NCBI GenBank assembly: GCA_949358305.1
Contig: OX442314.1
Location: 11,842,001-11,906,000, forward strand
DNA: 64,000 nucleotides
Direction of reading: 5' to 3'
From: Strigamia acuminata
Taxonomy: Eukaryota
Of the stretch, positions 25,751 through 36,454 are shown one piece after another. The position numbers were made by a program, and so were the translations under genes. The notes beneath the pieces were generated by a model that worked only from the letters and a program-made list of their open reading frames with translations, did no database searches and was not told the DNA's origin. Within the stretch, counting starts at the first letter, position 1. Each line of letters begins with the position of its first letter.

Positions 25751-27462
25751 ATGTATATAAAGATATATATATGTATATAAAGTTAAAATAAAAAATTTAC
25801 TATTACTGATAAAATAATTGTCCTCCAGAACATTCTTTGCACCGCTTGGGAACGCCAAACGCCATAGCATCCGCCAAACAATCGAGCATCTAAATTATAA
25901 ATTAAATTTAATAATTTGTTTTATATAATTAATTAATTAATTATTAATTACTCGACTGTTTCCCTTTTGAACTGCTCGTTTATTATGTTTCAACAGCTCT
26001 TGAAGATCTTTCTTTTTCAATTGGTTTTCAAGTTTATCTCGAAAATCAAAAATGATTTTATTTTGCTCCTAAATTAAATATACATATAAAAAAAATTAGT
26101 AGGAATTATCATAATTTATGTAGAATATTCGAGATATCTCACTTTAAGTTGCGTTTCTTCTGCATTGTCCTCTTCTTTGGCTTTTTTACTCTTGGGGCCG
26201 TCTTTGTTAGACTCGGCTACCCGTTTCCTATTGACAAAATGTGAAATTTTAAAACACGAATAAAAAATTATTACCAAAATTTATTAATTACAAGGCGCTT
26301 TTCATCATTGGCAACTTCTTTTTCAAACTGGCTTGATCTCCCGGTTTGAGAGATGAAAAACCAGCAAGTCTAGATTCAGTAGTGTAAAAAATTAATGGAA
26401 AAAATTGTCAAAATCAATTAAATAAACAAATAAATACACGTACACATCAGCAGATCCAAAGAATTCTAAATCTTCACGATTCGAAACGAAGCAGTCCTCG
26501 TGGTACCACAAATCCGCAGGACCAAATCTAGCTGCTTCTCCTTCAAAAGCCTTTTTAGATATTCGTACCAAATCCTATGGTTGGAAAAAAAATATTTTTT
26601 ATTAAAAAAAATTCATTTTTAACTTCAAACGCATTAATTGTACGCAATCTCAGTACAGAATTTACAAAATAGAAAAATTGTAAATATAAAATCAAAGAGT
26701 TTTGCAATTATTTTACCAGAAATTAATTATCACAGATGTTAGAAGAAAAAACATTGTGAAACTCAACTTCCTGGAGAAAAAATAAATTATTTTTTCACAA
26801 AATTTTATTTTTACCTTCGGTATTTTTCTGTTACAACCTCTGCAAAAACTTCGACTAGACTTCGCATATTCGGTAGCAAAATCGCTAAGTCCTTTCTGTG
26901 TGTCGTCTAAACAAAATTTAAACTAACATTTGTTAAAATAAATAAATAAAATTTATTTTTCGATTTTTCTAATTACCAACGGCTTTTTCAATTTTTTCCT
27001 GATCTTCCCATCGCAGTTGATCGACGTGAGCGATATCGCCAACGGTCTTTGGTCGACTGTTTGCAAAAAAACAGTCGAAATGATACCAATTTTGTTTCTA
27101 TGAATTTAAAAAGTGGAATAAAATTAGCACAAAAATCGGATTAAGCATTTTCTAACATTTGCGTACTTTTCCATCAAAGCGCCCACACTTCATTTCATAA
27201 AAAAATAGAATTAGAAAAATACATTCTTAGTCATAAATCTCATCAATTTTAATTACTAACTCACTTGAATCATAATAGCAAGTCTTAACGATGCTAAGGA
27301 TAAAAACAGGCATAAATTCATTAATTCGGCGTCCAACATTTTTGTAGACCATAGGTGGGGACCACTTTTAAACTTACCTTTTTCAATAGCTGCATTACAT
27401 CCTTTACAAGATGCTCTGCTACTTTTCGCATATTCTGCCCGGTATGGAAGGTCGTCAGACAT
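22993..27462 (-). CDS. PARP1: PARP1 paralog A (derived copy lacking BRCT), multi-exon
   Basis: Zn1 ([16 protein letters not shown]), Zn2, Zn3, WGR (SWGRVGT), helical domain ([13 protein letters not shown]) and catalytic H-Y-E (WHGSR, GVYFAD, YNEYIVY) present. No stop or frameshift seen. BRCT exons absent. Confidence 0.9.
24451..24610. mobile_element. Truncated MITE in a PARP1-A intron
   Basis: CAGGGGCGGATCTAGC...GCTAGAT partial TIRs; absent from PARP1-B; flanked by a 15-bp duplication AAGTTTCCATACTTG. Confidence 0.7.
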
Positions 27463-27600
27463 GATTTAATAAATAATAAATAGGCCCAGAAATACAGCAC
27501 ACTTTACTCGACGGCCCCACTTCAGATTTAAGGCGGGAAAGAAGTGAATGAAAGCGCATGCGCGACAGAATTGAAAACTGAAAAGCTGAATCCCGCAAAC
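27463..27600 (-). promoter_or_regulatory. PARP1-A proximal promoter candidate (paralogous to 41272-41400)
   Basis: E2F-like GGCGGGAAA (27532-27540) and NRF1-type GCGCATGCGC (27554-27563; also at 41359-41368). Confidence 0.45.
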
Positions 27601-27756
27601 TCGAAAACCTGATCAACCAAGTGATAAACCCACTTGCACAGAAAAAAATAAACAAGAAATTTTATTTTAAAAAACAAGTAAATATCAGTAATGCATGGAA
27701 GCATTACATATTAGACTTCTAAACCCCTTCTATACTTTTCTGTATAGAAACATATC

Positions 27757-30700
27757 TGTTGAGTATTTAATAAATGGTAATCACACATGTTGTGCACAAT
27801 GTTCACTATCACTTTATTGCTGTGGTCAGCCTGAAGGTTAACACTTAAGTGAGTGATGGCTCATCACTAACATGACACGTGGTTTCTACATTCCTCAGTG
27901 ATTGCCACTAGAGGGCGATACATAAAACCTTACTTCAATACATAACAATATTCCCCCCTTATAATGAATAAAAATGTCACAATATATAAGTTTCAATGTT
28001 TCATAAATTCAGTCTATCTGGTCCTTTTAATAACTCCCTCGGGCGCAAACCCTCGCGCCTCGGTGCACCAACATTTGGGTTGTTTTGGATGTTATCATTT
28101 ACTCGGTGTTCCGTCACATCCCCAACCGGTTCCGGCACTTGATCCTCTTCGATCTCGACAATCTCCACATCCGATGTCCCCTGCTCCAAATCTATATCGT
28201 GATCCTCAATGTCGGTCCGGCCATCCCCACAAGTCCGCGTTGCTCCGTCGCTGGATATCTCGCGATCCAGACGCATCTGATCGACGTGAACCGTTCTGGA
28301 AACCGCACCGACGTCTACAATATACGTCCTTGAACTCTGCACAGAACTAACGATTCCGCGCACCCATTCTGGGCCGCGTGTGTGATGTCTTTTTATCCAT
28401 ACCGCCTGGCCGACCTCAAAGGTACGGGCACAACGTCCGGTCTGCGCATTATGGATCTTGTCCAACCGTTCGTGGACGTGACGTCTCATATTCGGCCTCA
28501 CCAACGAAAACCGTGTTCGCATGTTCCTACAAATAAACAATTCCGCAGGAGTCTTACCCGTTATTGCATGCGGAGTGTTTCGGTATCGCAATAAGAATCT
28601 CGTAATTTTGTGACTCGTAGTCGTATTGTCCTTCTCATCGGTCATCATACGCTCAAGCGACTCCTTAAACGTTCGCACAGCCCTCTCGGCAGCACCGTTA
28701 GAGGCGGGATGGTATGCCGGCACCAACGTCTGCTTAATTCCATTAAGCGCCAAAAACGTCGCAAATTCTACAGAAGAAAACTGAGGACCATTGTCCGACA
28801 CCAACTCGACCGGCACTCCAAAATCCGCGAACTTCCACCGTAACACCTCTATAGTCCGCTCAGATGTAGTTGTGGTCATCGGAATAACGTCAATCCACTT
28901 CGAAAAGCTATCATAAATAATCAAATAATGTATTTTCCGCAATTCGGCAAAGTCAATATGTATGCGCTCATATGGGCCAGATGGCCACGACCATGATCTG
29001 AAGGGCGCCTCCGGAGGATCAGCTTGGCACTGCTGGCATGCATGACATTTCCTCGCAACGCTCTCTATCTCCGCGTCCAAACCCGGCCACCACACGTACG
29101 CGCGCGCAATCGACTTCATTTTCACCATCCCCGAATGCGTATCGTGCAATAAATCCAAAATGTGCGGACGATATTTAGTCGGAATCACCACACGCATTCC
29201 CCATACAATACATCCGTCATCGATAGATAATTCCTCTCGCCGACGTGAAAACGGCATAATGTCCGGATCCTTCACATCACTCGGCCAACCATCCCCAAGA
29301 TAACGCAAAACCGATCCCAACACCCTATCGTTCCTCGTAGCGGCACCAATATTCTTCGCCACGATCGGCATCTCATCGATGAACGACAACTTAAATATGT
29401 GCGATTCCACACCAACGACGCCATCCAGTATCGGCATGCGGGATAAAACGTCCGCATTCACATTTTCACACCCGCGCTTGTATTCGATTTTATACCTAAA
29501 TGTAGACAATAATAATGCCCATCGGCGAATACGCTCAGCAGCCAACGTCGGGATTCCCCGCTTGTCACCAAATATTGCCACCAAAGGAAGATGGTCGGTT
29601 ACCAAAGTAAATTCTCTCCCGACGAGGTACTGATAAAACTTTTGCACGCCGCAGACAATTGCCAAGGCCTCTCTTTCGCCTTGTGGATAGCCCCGCTGGG
29701 CCGGCGTCAAAGTCTGGGATGAATAACCAATAGGGCGCTCCTCGCCATTTGCCATGATATGCGACAAAATGGCACCAACCCCGACCGGTGATGCGTCGCA
29801 CGTCAAACGAAGCGGTTTGCGAACGTCGTAATGCACTAAAACCGCCTCAGATGTTAAAGCGCTCTTGCATTGCTGAAATGTTCGCTCACATTCCTCGGTC
29901 CATTTCCATTCCACTTTATCCTGCAAAAGACTGTATAAAGGGGTTAATTTAGTTGACAAATCCTTTAAAAATTTACAATAATAGTTCAAAAGTCCCAAGA
30001 AAGAACGCAGTTCAGACACATTGTTCGGTGATGGCACTTTGTTTATCGCATCGACTTTATCAGTCGTAGGATGAATTCCTTCCTTATCTATAATATGTCC
30101 CAAATATTTAATTTTCTTCTGCAAAAACTTGCATTTCTTTCGGTTCAGACAAACATTATATTTTCTAAATCGCTCAAATAACGTTCTCAAAACCGCCAAA
30201 TGTTCACTTCTTGACGGCGCAGTAGTCATGGTATCGTCCTGAAATGCCACAACCCGCTTAACACCTTGAATAATTTGATCGATTGCCCGCTGGAAGATAG
30301 CCGATGCCCCAGCAAATCCGTATACCAAACGTTTGGGGCGCATCAAACCCATATGCGTGTTTAAAGTCAAAATTTCCTGTGCCTGTTTATCAAGCTCGAT
30401 CTGCTCATAAGCGTCCGAGCAATCAACGGAAGAAAATTCCTCCCCTCCGCATAATGTCGCAAAAATGTCCTGTTGGGTAGGCAAAGGATATTGATTAATG
30501 TCCAAGCACGGGTTTACCGTGATCTTAAAATCGCCGCAACATCGCACCGATCCATTTGGTTTTACGACGTTTACCAATGGTGTGGCCCACTCGGAATGCT
30601 CCACACGCTCCCAAATCCCTGCATCTAAATGTCGTTGAATCTGGGCCTCCACTGCCTGTTTTAACGCATATGGCACTGGCCGATGCTTGCAAAATACAGG

Positions 30701-32350
30701 CTTTGCGTCTTTACGTAACTTGATGGTCGCCTTAAAATCCTTTATTGGATCCTTTTTTGGCTCAAATAAACTGGAATAATCTCTTAATAAGTTCTCAACA
30801 GTATCCGGCTGATCAGATTTAATCTCGGTCACCGCAAAAATACTTTTCCAGTCCAAACTCACTTTTTCAATCCAATTTCGACCGAATAATCCCGGGCGAT
30901 CCCCTTTTACCACCACCAACGGCAAAACATATGTCCTTTCCTTATATTTGATTGTGACATCGGTCTGTCCCTCGATCTCCACAATGCCACCGCTATATGA
31001 AAGTAACGTTATCCTGCATGGATTTAATGTCATTAATGGAAAATTCGCTTTAAACCACTTTTCGCCCACAACAGCTACATCCGCCGCGGTATCCAATTCC
31101 ATCTCCATCCGTACACCGGCAATTTCAACAGGAACCATATATTTCTTACAATTTCCGACCTTACCGATCGAGTATACTGGATACAATTCGAACGTTGGCT
31201 GTTCATCATCGCTTTCCGGTCCCCGGGCCTCGATCTTCTTCGCGAATTTTTGTTCGGGTCGAAACGTCTGCCTTTTCTGGCTTACACCTTTGGTTGTCCT
31301 CGATTTACATACTGGGGAAATGTGTCCAATTTTCCCACATGAATGACACGTCGCACCGACGTATTTGCACCTGTCCGCGGAATGTTCGTATCCACAACGA
31401 TAGCACGCCTCCCTGTCTCTATTTTTATCAAATCTTTGCCTTACCGGATGTCTCTCGTCCAATTTACTCACGGTAACGACTGGTGGCACTTTTATTTGCG
31501 TTGAATCTCGATCCACCATCTCCATGGCGGCCGCCGTGTCAACTGCATCAGTCAATTTTAAATCCTTTTTTGACAGTAAACGTTTCTGGATCGTCTCATT
31601 CGCCAAACCGCATACGAATTTATCACGCAATGCGTCGTTCAAAAATGATCCATAGTCACATGTCGACGCCAATCGTCTCAGCTCGACGACGTACTCTGCA
31701 ATCGATTCAACAGTATTTTGATCTCTTTTTAAAAACCTGAACCGCTCCGCGATGATTATTGGAGCTGGTTTGTAATGGTCGGACAACTTCTTAACAATGT
31801 CATCCCACGTCCAATCTTTTGGCTCTGTCGGTTGCATGAGGTTTCTCAGCAACTTATATGCGGTTCGACCCATTACCGCCATTAATGTGGATGACTGTTT
31901 ATCCGCCTTTATCCCGTTAGCCAAGAAAAAATGTTGGAGACGCTCCAAATATAAGCAGAATTCTTCTTTCGTTTCATCGAACTCGCCAATTTCACCAATA
32001 ATCGACATTTCTACTCACGTGAATCACCAACGTCCTTGCGAAGGTCGCGACAAACACAAATGGCGCACTCACGCAAAGTTGTTCACTCAATTTATTGTGT
32101 ACACGAGAGAGCACAAAAGCTCATACACCACACAAAATTTATCCTATTCTCGTCGCCATTGTTGAGTATTTAATAAATGGTAATCACACATGTTGTGCAC
32201 AATGTTCACTATCACTTTATTGCTGTGGTCAGCCTGAAGGTTAACACTTAAGTGAGTGATGGCTCATCACTAACATGACACGTGGTTTCTACATTCCTCA
32301 GTGATTGCCACTAGAGGGCGATACATAAAACCTTACTTCAATACATAACA
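27757..32350 (-). mobile_element. Full-length Ty3/gypsy LTR retrotransposon (Mag-like)
   Basis: Two identical 191-bp TG..CA LTRs (27757-27947, 32160-32350); 5-bp TSD ATATC; PBS TGGCGACGAG (tRNA-Ser type); polypurine tract next to the 3' LTR. Confidence 0.97.
28001..32008 (-). CDS. Gag-Pol polyprotein (1335 aa)
   Basis: Two CCHC knuckles, protease LDTAA, RT (FQDD), RNase H (CDAS, EREAL), integrase HHCC plus D-D-E; uninterrupted ORF. Confidence 0.96.
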   Translation of the reverse strand: MSIIGEIGEFDETKEEFCLYLERLQHFFLANGIKADKQSSTLMAVMGRTAYKLLRNLMQPTEPKDWTWDDIVKKLSDHYKPAPIIIAERFRFLKRDQNTVESIAEYVVELRRLASTCDYGSFLNDALRDKFVCGLANETIQKRLLSKKDLKLTDAVDTAAAMEMVDRDSTQIKVPPVVTVSKLDERHPVRQRFDKNRDREACYRCGYEHSADRCKYVGATCHSCGKIGHISPVCKSRTTKGVSQKRQTFRPEQKFAKKIEARGPESDDEQPTFELYPVYSIGKVGNCKKYMVPVEIAGVRMEMELDTAADVAVVGEKWFKANFPLMTLNPCRITLLSYSGGIVEIEGQTDVTIKYKERTYVLPLVVVKGDRPGLFGRNWIEKVSLDWKSIFAVTEIKSDQPDTVENLLRDYSSLFEPKKDPIKDFKATIKLRKDAKPVFCKHRPVPYALKQAVEAQIQRHLDAGIWERVEHSEWATPLVNVVKPNGSVRCCGDFKITVNPCLDINQYPLPTQQDIFATLCGGEEFSSVDCSDAYEQIELDKQAQEILTLNTHMGLMRPKRLVYGFAGASAIFQRAIDQIIQGVKRVVAFQDDTMTTAPSRSEHLAVLRTLFERFRKYNVCLNRKKCKFLQKKIKYLGHIIDKEGIHPTTDKVDAINKVPSPNNVSELRSFLGLLNYYCKFLKDLSTKLTPLYSLLQDKVEWKWTEECERTFQQCKSALTSEAVLVHYDVRKPLRLTCDASPVGVGAILSHIMANGEERPIGYSSQTLTPAQRGYPQGEREALAIVCGVQKFYQYLVGREFTLVTDHLPLVAIFGDKRGIPTLAAERIRRWALLLSTFRYKIEYKRGCENVNADVLSRMPILDGVVGVESHIFKLSFIDEMPIVAKNIGAATRNDRVLGSVLRYLGDGWPSDVKDPDIMPFSRRREELSIDDGCIVWGMRVVIPTKYRPHILDLLHDTHSGMVKMKSIARAYVWWPGLDAEIESVARKCHACQQCQADPPEAPFRSWSWPSGPYERIHIDFAELRKIHYLIIYDSFSKWIDVIPMTTTTSERTIEVLRWKFADFGVPVELVSDNGPQFSSVEFATFLALNGIKQTLVPAYHPASNGAAERAVRTFKESLERMMTDEKDNTTTSHKITRFLLRYRNTPHAITGKTPAELFICRNMRTRFSLVRPNMRRHVHERLDKIHNAQTGRCARTFEVGQAVWIKRHHTRGPEWVRGIVSSVQSSRTYIVDVGAVSRTVHVDQMRLDREISSDGATRTCGDGRTDIEDHDIDLEQGTSDVEIVEIEEDQVPEPVGDVTEHRVNDNIQNNPNVGAPRREGLRPRELLKGPDRLNL

Positions 32351-33228
32351 ATATCTGTCTCTAAATTAAACACCAAAATAAAAGAAAATGTTGAGTCGAT
32401 TCTTTTTATTCGTTTTATTCAATTTAGACATTTAAAATAGATAATAATTCAGATTCATTTAAATGAATTTTTTATGAAATTTATTTCTTTATTATTTAAT
32501 TTATTTATTTAATTACAAAACAGGAAGTAGAAATATTACATTTCCGGTTTGACAGGAAGTGCGGAAAGACGGACAGACGGACATGACCGTTTTATTATTA
32601 TTATTATTATTAGACTTTCTAAACATAGAACATAGGAGTCTAAAAAAACGGAAAAAAAAAAACAGAAACTTAAAATAATTTTAATTTAGGTTGGACACAC
32701 CACAATCTTACGGTAAAATATGTATTTATTTTCCTCGGTACAGTCCGCCAGAGGAGTACAGTGGCGGCAAAATTACGTTCTTCATATTTGTAAATTAGGG
32801 TTATTTATTTCCATTTCATACAAATAGTTCTATCTTGCAGCAGTATTTTTAGGAGCTAGGAAATTCCTTCTGACTAATAAGTTTGGAATAAGTGACAGTT
32901 GTCAGTTTCGCAGTGGATATTTGATTCAGTTGAGTTTCTATATTGCCGTATTCATTTTTAAATTGTATGAAATTTACATATCACAATTTTTCCCATACAT
33001 ATCACGAGTCAATAAGTGCCCAATTCCCATCACATTAATAAATCCAGTTAAGGTCAGGTTCGCGGGGGGGGGGGGAAGGGTCGAGGGGGGGCGCTAGCCC
33101 CACTTGTTACGAACAAAAAAAAAAATACTCGTCATTATCATTAACAGCAAGAACAATGAAAATTCGGATGATCGGTAGTGACGATTCGCCCGTAAAGTGT
33201 AGTTCTACCGTGATTTCTTCACTCAGAA

Positions 33229-34215
33229 ATGGAAAAACTTTCAGGAACATTCGCTCGCTTTCAGGAAAATCTAAAAGCCGCGAACTCGTGTCCCAGCTTG
33301 ATGAAAATATCATTATTAACTCTCGCAATTTCATTTTGGCGAAAAGATGCGGTTAGATTGAAAATAGGGAATTATTTAGGAAGAAATGTCGTGGGAACGA
33401 CAGGAAATAAAAAATAATAATCAAAGGGTTAAAGGTATAAATAAACCACTGTACTCAGACAGGGGTTGGGTAAAGGAGTGTTGGAACAAGGACACTCATT
33501 TGAGCAGCAGCAAATGCCTAAGGGCATAGACAACAAAAATCATTTATCGGAAAGGCAATTGGAATGGACATTTGATGAGCACTACTTGAACTTGGATTTT
33601 TGTGACATGCAGATATTAGAGTGTTTACTGTGGTCAAACAGATGTTGGAATGAGTGTTTTTATTCAAGTTTGATCGATGTGCTTGATTTTATTGATACAC
33701 TGCATCGTTCCGTGGAGTATTTTGTAAGGATGTTAGTTGAGATTTTCCGGAGTGGTCTTTCTAGTTACCCAAAAAAAAAGTTTTTCGAAAAATTGTGGTA
33801 CAGTCTTTCCAGCGATAAAAAACTGTCTATATTCAAGTATAAGTTTACCATAATGGATCTGTTTAACTATCAGGATCTTGATTTTCTTAAGATGCTGATG
33901 AAAAGTGCGGATGAAGAGATGAAATTGGATTTTTTGGTGTCCAAAAGATCTACCTGCGTGTTAATGGTTGTGAATGATGGAGGAGCCGTGTTGGATGAGT
34001 TTCTGCGTGAAATTTTCCAAAGTGATGGCATCTTGCGACGTTTTAAGCAACATGTTTGTGATTTTGGGATTGAATACCTCAGAAAATTAACTGAGGATGA
34101 ATACGAATCTGATTCAGACGATGGCAATCCACTAACTGAAGAAAGGATTTTTAAAACTGATTTATCGTCTATTGAATTGCTAGAAGGTAAACTTATGGCT
34201 TTTTGCAATCATTAA
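33229..34215 (+). pseudogene. Disrupted copy of the BC-box-like gene family (partner of PARP1-A)
   Basis: Near-identical to 41777-43255, but ~640 bp of coding sequence is replaced by a 149-bp insert that brings a stop. Confidence 0.85.
33387..33535. mobile_element. Possible solo LTR (149 bp)
   Basis: TGTCGT...ACAACA inverted termini; contains TATAAATAAA; absent from the paralog; no clear TSD. Confidence 0.5.
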
Positions 34216-34707
34216 GCATTGGAAGAAAACTATTCAATGGTGAGTTGTGTTGGAAGCTTCAACAACTGAAATAATAATTAATATTTTTTCTTCTTCAAGC
34301 ATTTTGTATAAGTTTATTGATGTTAAGAAAATTTGATTTTTATATAGTTGTTGCTGAAAATTGCGCATTTACTATTAACATTGATATTAAAATAAAACAA
34401 ATACTAAATTTAATGAAAAAGCAAGGGCAAAAATTAAACAAACACACGTGACACATCACAACAATGCCACTTTGTCAGTGAAATGATAAAAGGTAAATCC
34501 AGTCAGACTCCGCCATATCAGTTTTTCCTTCAGAATCATCATCATCGAATCTCTGAATTCACGGACAAGCTAGACCGAGAATTACACACAAAATCGGAAA
34601 AATTGAGAAATTATAAACTTAAAATAATTTTACTTTAGGTTGGATAAGTCGCCAACTTTCTGTAAAATAAATATTTAGTTTCTTCGGATGCTGGCTATTG
34701 TGGGTCC

Positions 34708-35993
34708 GGGGTTGGACCTATTCCGCCCCGCCCAAAACCGCCACTTGGTCCATTTCCGCCCCATCCCGATTCCGCGGCGAATTTTTCTATTTAAATTAAA
34801 TAAAAATTATTTAAATAAAAATAAAATATAATAAAATTTCGCAGAGCCCAATTCCGCCTAAACACATTGCGGAGTGGAATTGGGACTGGGCGGAATTGGG
34901 ACTGGGGCGGAATTGGGACGAGCGGATTTGGATTGCATCAAGGCAGAGCCCAATTCCGCCTAAATACATTGCGGGGCGGAATTGGTTTACAACTACCCGA
35001 ACTGGATCGCTCGGACGGAGTGTCGAATAAAACAGTGTACGATCACAAAATCACCGAAAATTCAACTTACTCGCCGATCGTCGAAGAGAACGTTGCGGAT
35101 CGTTGTTTGGAGTTCGCGTCCAAGATTTATTTGGGCTCGGCGGCGACGGCGTTTAATTGTCGCGGGACGAGCGTGCACACTACGAAAACGCCGGATAAGT
35201 GGCGCGAGCGAGAGTCGATGTTGCTGGCCGACCAGCTCGGTGACTTGGACGGCGTTGCACCGTGTTCGTCGTCGCCCAAAGCCGTTTACAATGGGATACA
35301 GCCGTACAAGTTCTATCAGGATGCTCCACGACTGCCAAGTGATCCGACAAGTCGACTGCAAATTAATCGCGTGCAAACTGAGTGGCGGTATCATCGTTTT
35401 GTTCGACCAACACGCGGTGCACGAACGAATCCGACTAGAACAACTCCAAGCCGAGATGGACTTTCTTTTTAAGCGAGGACGATTTGGTCAACGTGAAACG
35501 CCGTTCGCTCAATCCGCCGATGAAATTCTCCAGTTCGGGTCGTTGTAAACGTTCTGTGGCTCTCTCTTCGGTATTTTCTGTCTGAGCGATGCAGTTCGGG
35601 TCGGTTTCAACATTTTCCGTCGCGAATTATTTCAACAATGCGGAGAAAGTGCTCTCGAACATTTCGCGACGGCTGCAATTCCAGTGTTAATTCGTTAATT
35701 TGTTTATTCCTGTATGTATTGTTTATTACATAACAGAAATAAAACAAATTTAAGGCATCAAATATTTTGGAGTGGAATTGGAACGCGGCGGAATTGGGAC
35801 CGGGGCTGAATTGGGACAGGAGCGGAATTGGGACTGGGGTGGAATTGGAATTGGGCGGAATTGGGAAGGACGGAATTCTGAGGGGCGGAATTGGGACGAG
35901 TGGATTGCATCAGGACAGAATTGCAACCTTTTTTACCAAGAGGGGCGGTTTTGGAACCGGTGGAATTGGTTCTGGCGGAAATGAACCCCGTCC
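34708..35993. mobile_element. Mutator-like non-autonomous TIR element carrying captured gene fragment(s)
   Basis: TSD GTGGGTCC (34700-34707, 35994-36001); degenerate GG-start TIRs sharing TTCCGCC and CCAAAACCGCC-CTTGGT; arrays of GGCGGAATTGG; empty site at ~43701. Confidence 0.75.
34984..35455 (+). pseudogene. MLH3: MLH3 fragment (MutL C-terminal endonuclease motif), frameshifted
   Basis: [10 protein letters not shown] /frameshift/ [35 protein letters not shown] matches the MLH3 [27 protein letters not shown] segment. Confidence 0.85.
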
Positions 35994-36106
35994 GTGGGTC
36001 CTTAGGTATGGCATGGATTATAAGCTCTGGAGTTCCTAGACCGACAGGTTTGCCGTAATAATTTTTCAATCGTATTAAATAATCTATTTGATTTCTTTAC
36101 ACAGAA

Positions 36107-36350
36107 ATGTACAAAATCCACATAATATATGCCCGTCTTCAAGAAAAGCTGCAGAACGCGAAATCGTGCAACAACTTGGATTTTTTCGCGCTAGATGACG
36201 CCCCGGAAAATCAACTGGAATTTGCACTCAGAAAATGCGAATTGAAAAGTATTTCATGATGGATCTGTTGAACTATGAGGATCTTAATTCTTAAGTTGAT
36301 GAATAGTATGGATGAAGAGATGAAATACAAATTGACTTTGGAGAAAACAT
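36107..36350 (+). pseudogene. Degenerate fragment of the BC-box-like family
   Basis: MYKIHIIYARLQEKLQNAKSC start homologous to 45274; large deletions; ends at the duplication junction. Confidence 0.7.
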
Positions 36351-36454
36351 AACTTTTTCTATACTCGAGTGTTTTTAATTAGTCAAAATAATGTGTAAAA
36401 ATCAAAGATTAACAGAATTAAACTCCTCTTCCCGTAAATCGTTCAAAACATCGA

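Larger units (their letters stand above)
27674..32643. mobile_element. DINE-1/HINE-like non-autonomous Helentron, split by the gypsy insertion
   Basis: Starts AAACAAGTA; stem-loop GTAATGC-N6-GCATTAC; subterminal TTAGACT repeats ending in AGTCTAA; GACGGACAGACGGAC microsatellite at ~32568; absent from the paralogous site near 41480. Confidence 0.7.

Noticed and set aside
27964..32165. Plus-strand ORFs within the gypsy element
   Set aside because: Antisense shadows of gag-pol with no recognisable motifs.
32983..33210. Unit-A-specific insert with CAC...GTG ends and G-runs
   Set aside because: A real insertion, but there is no convincing TIR or TSD to classify it.
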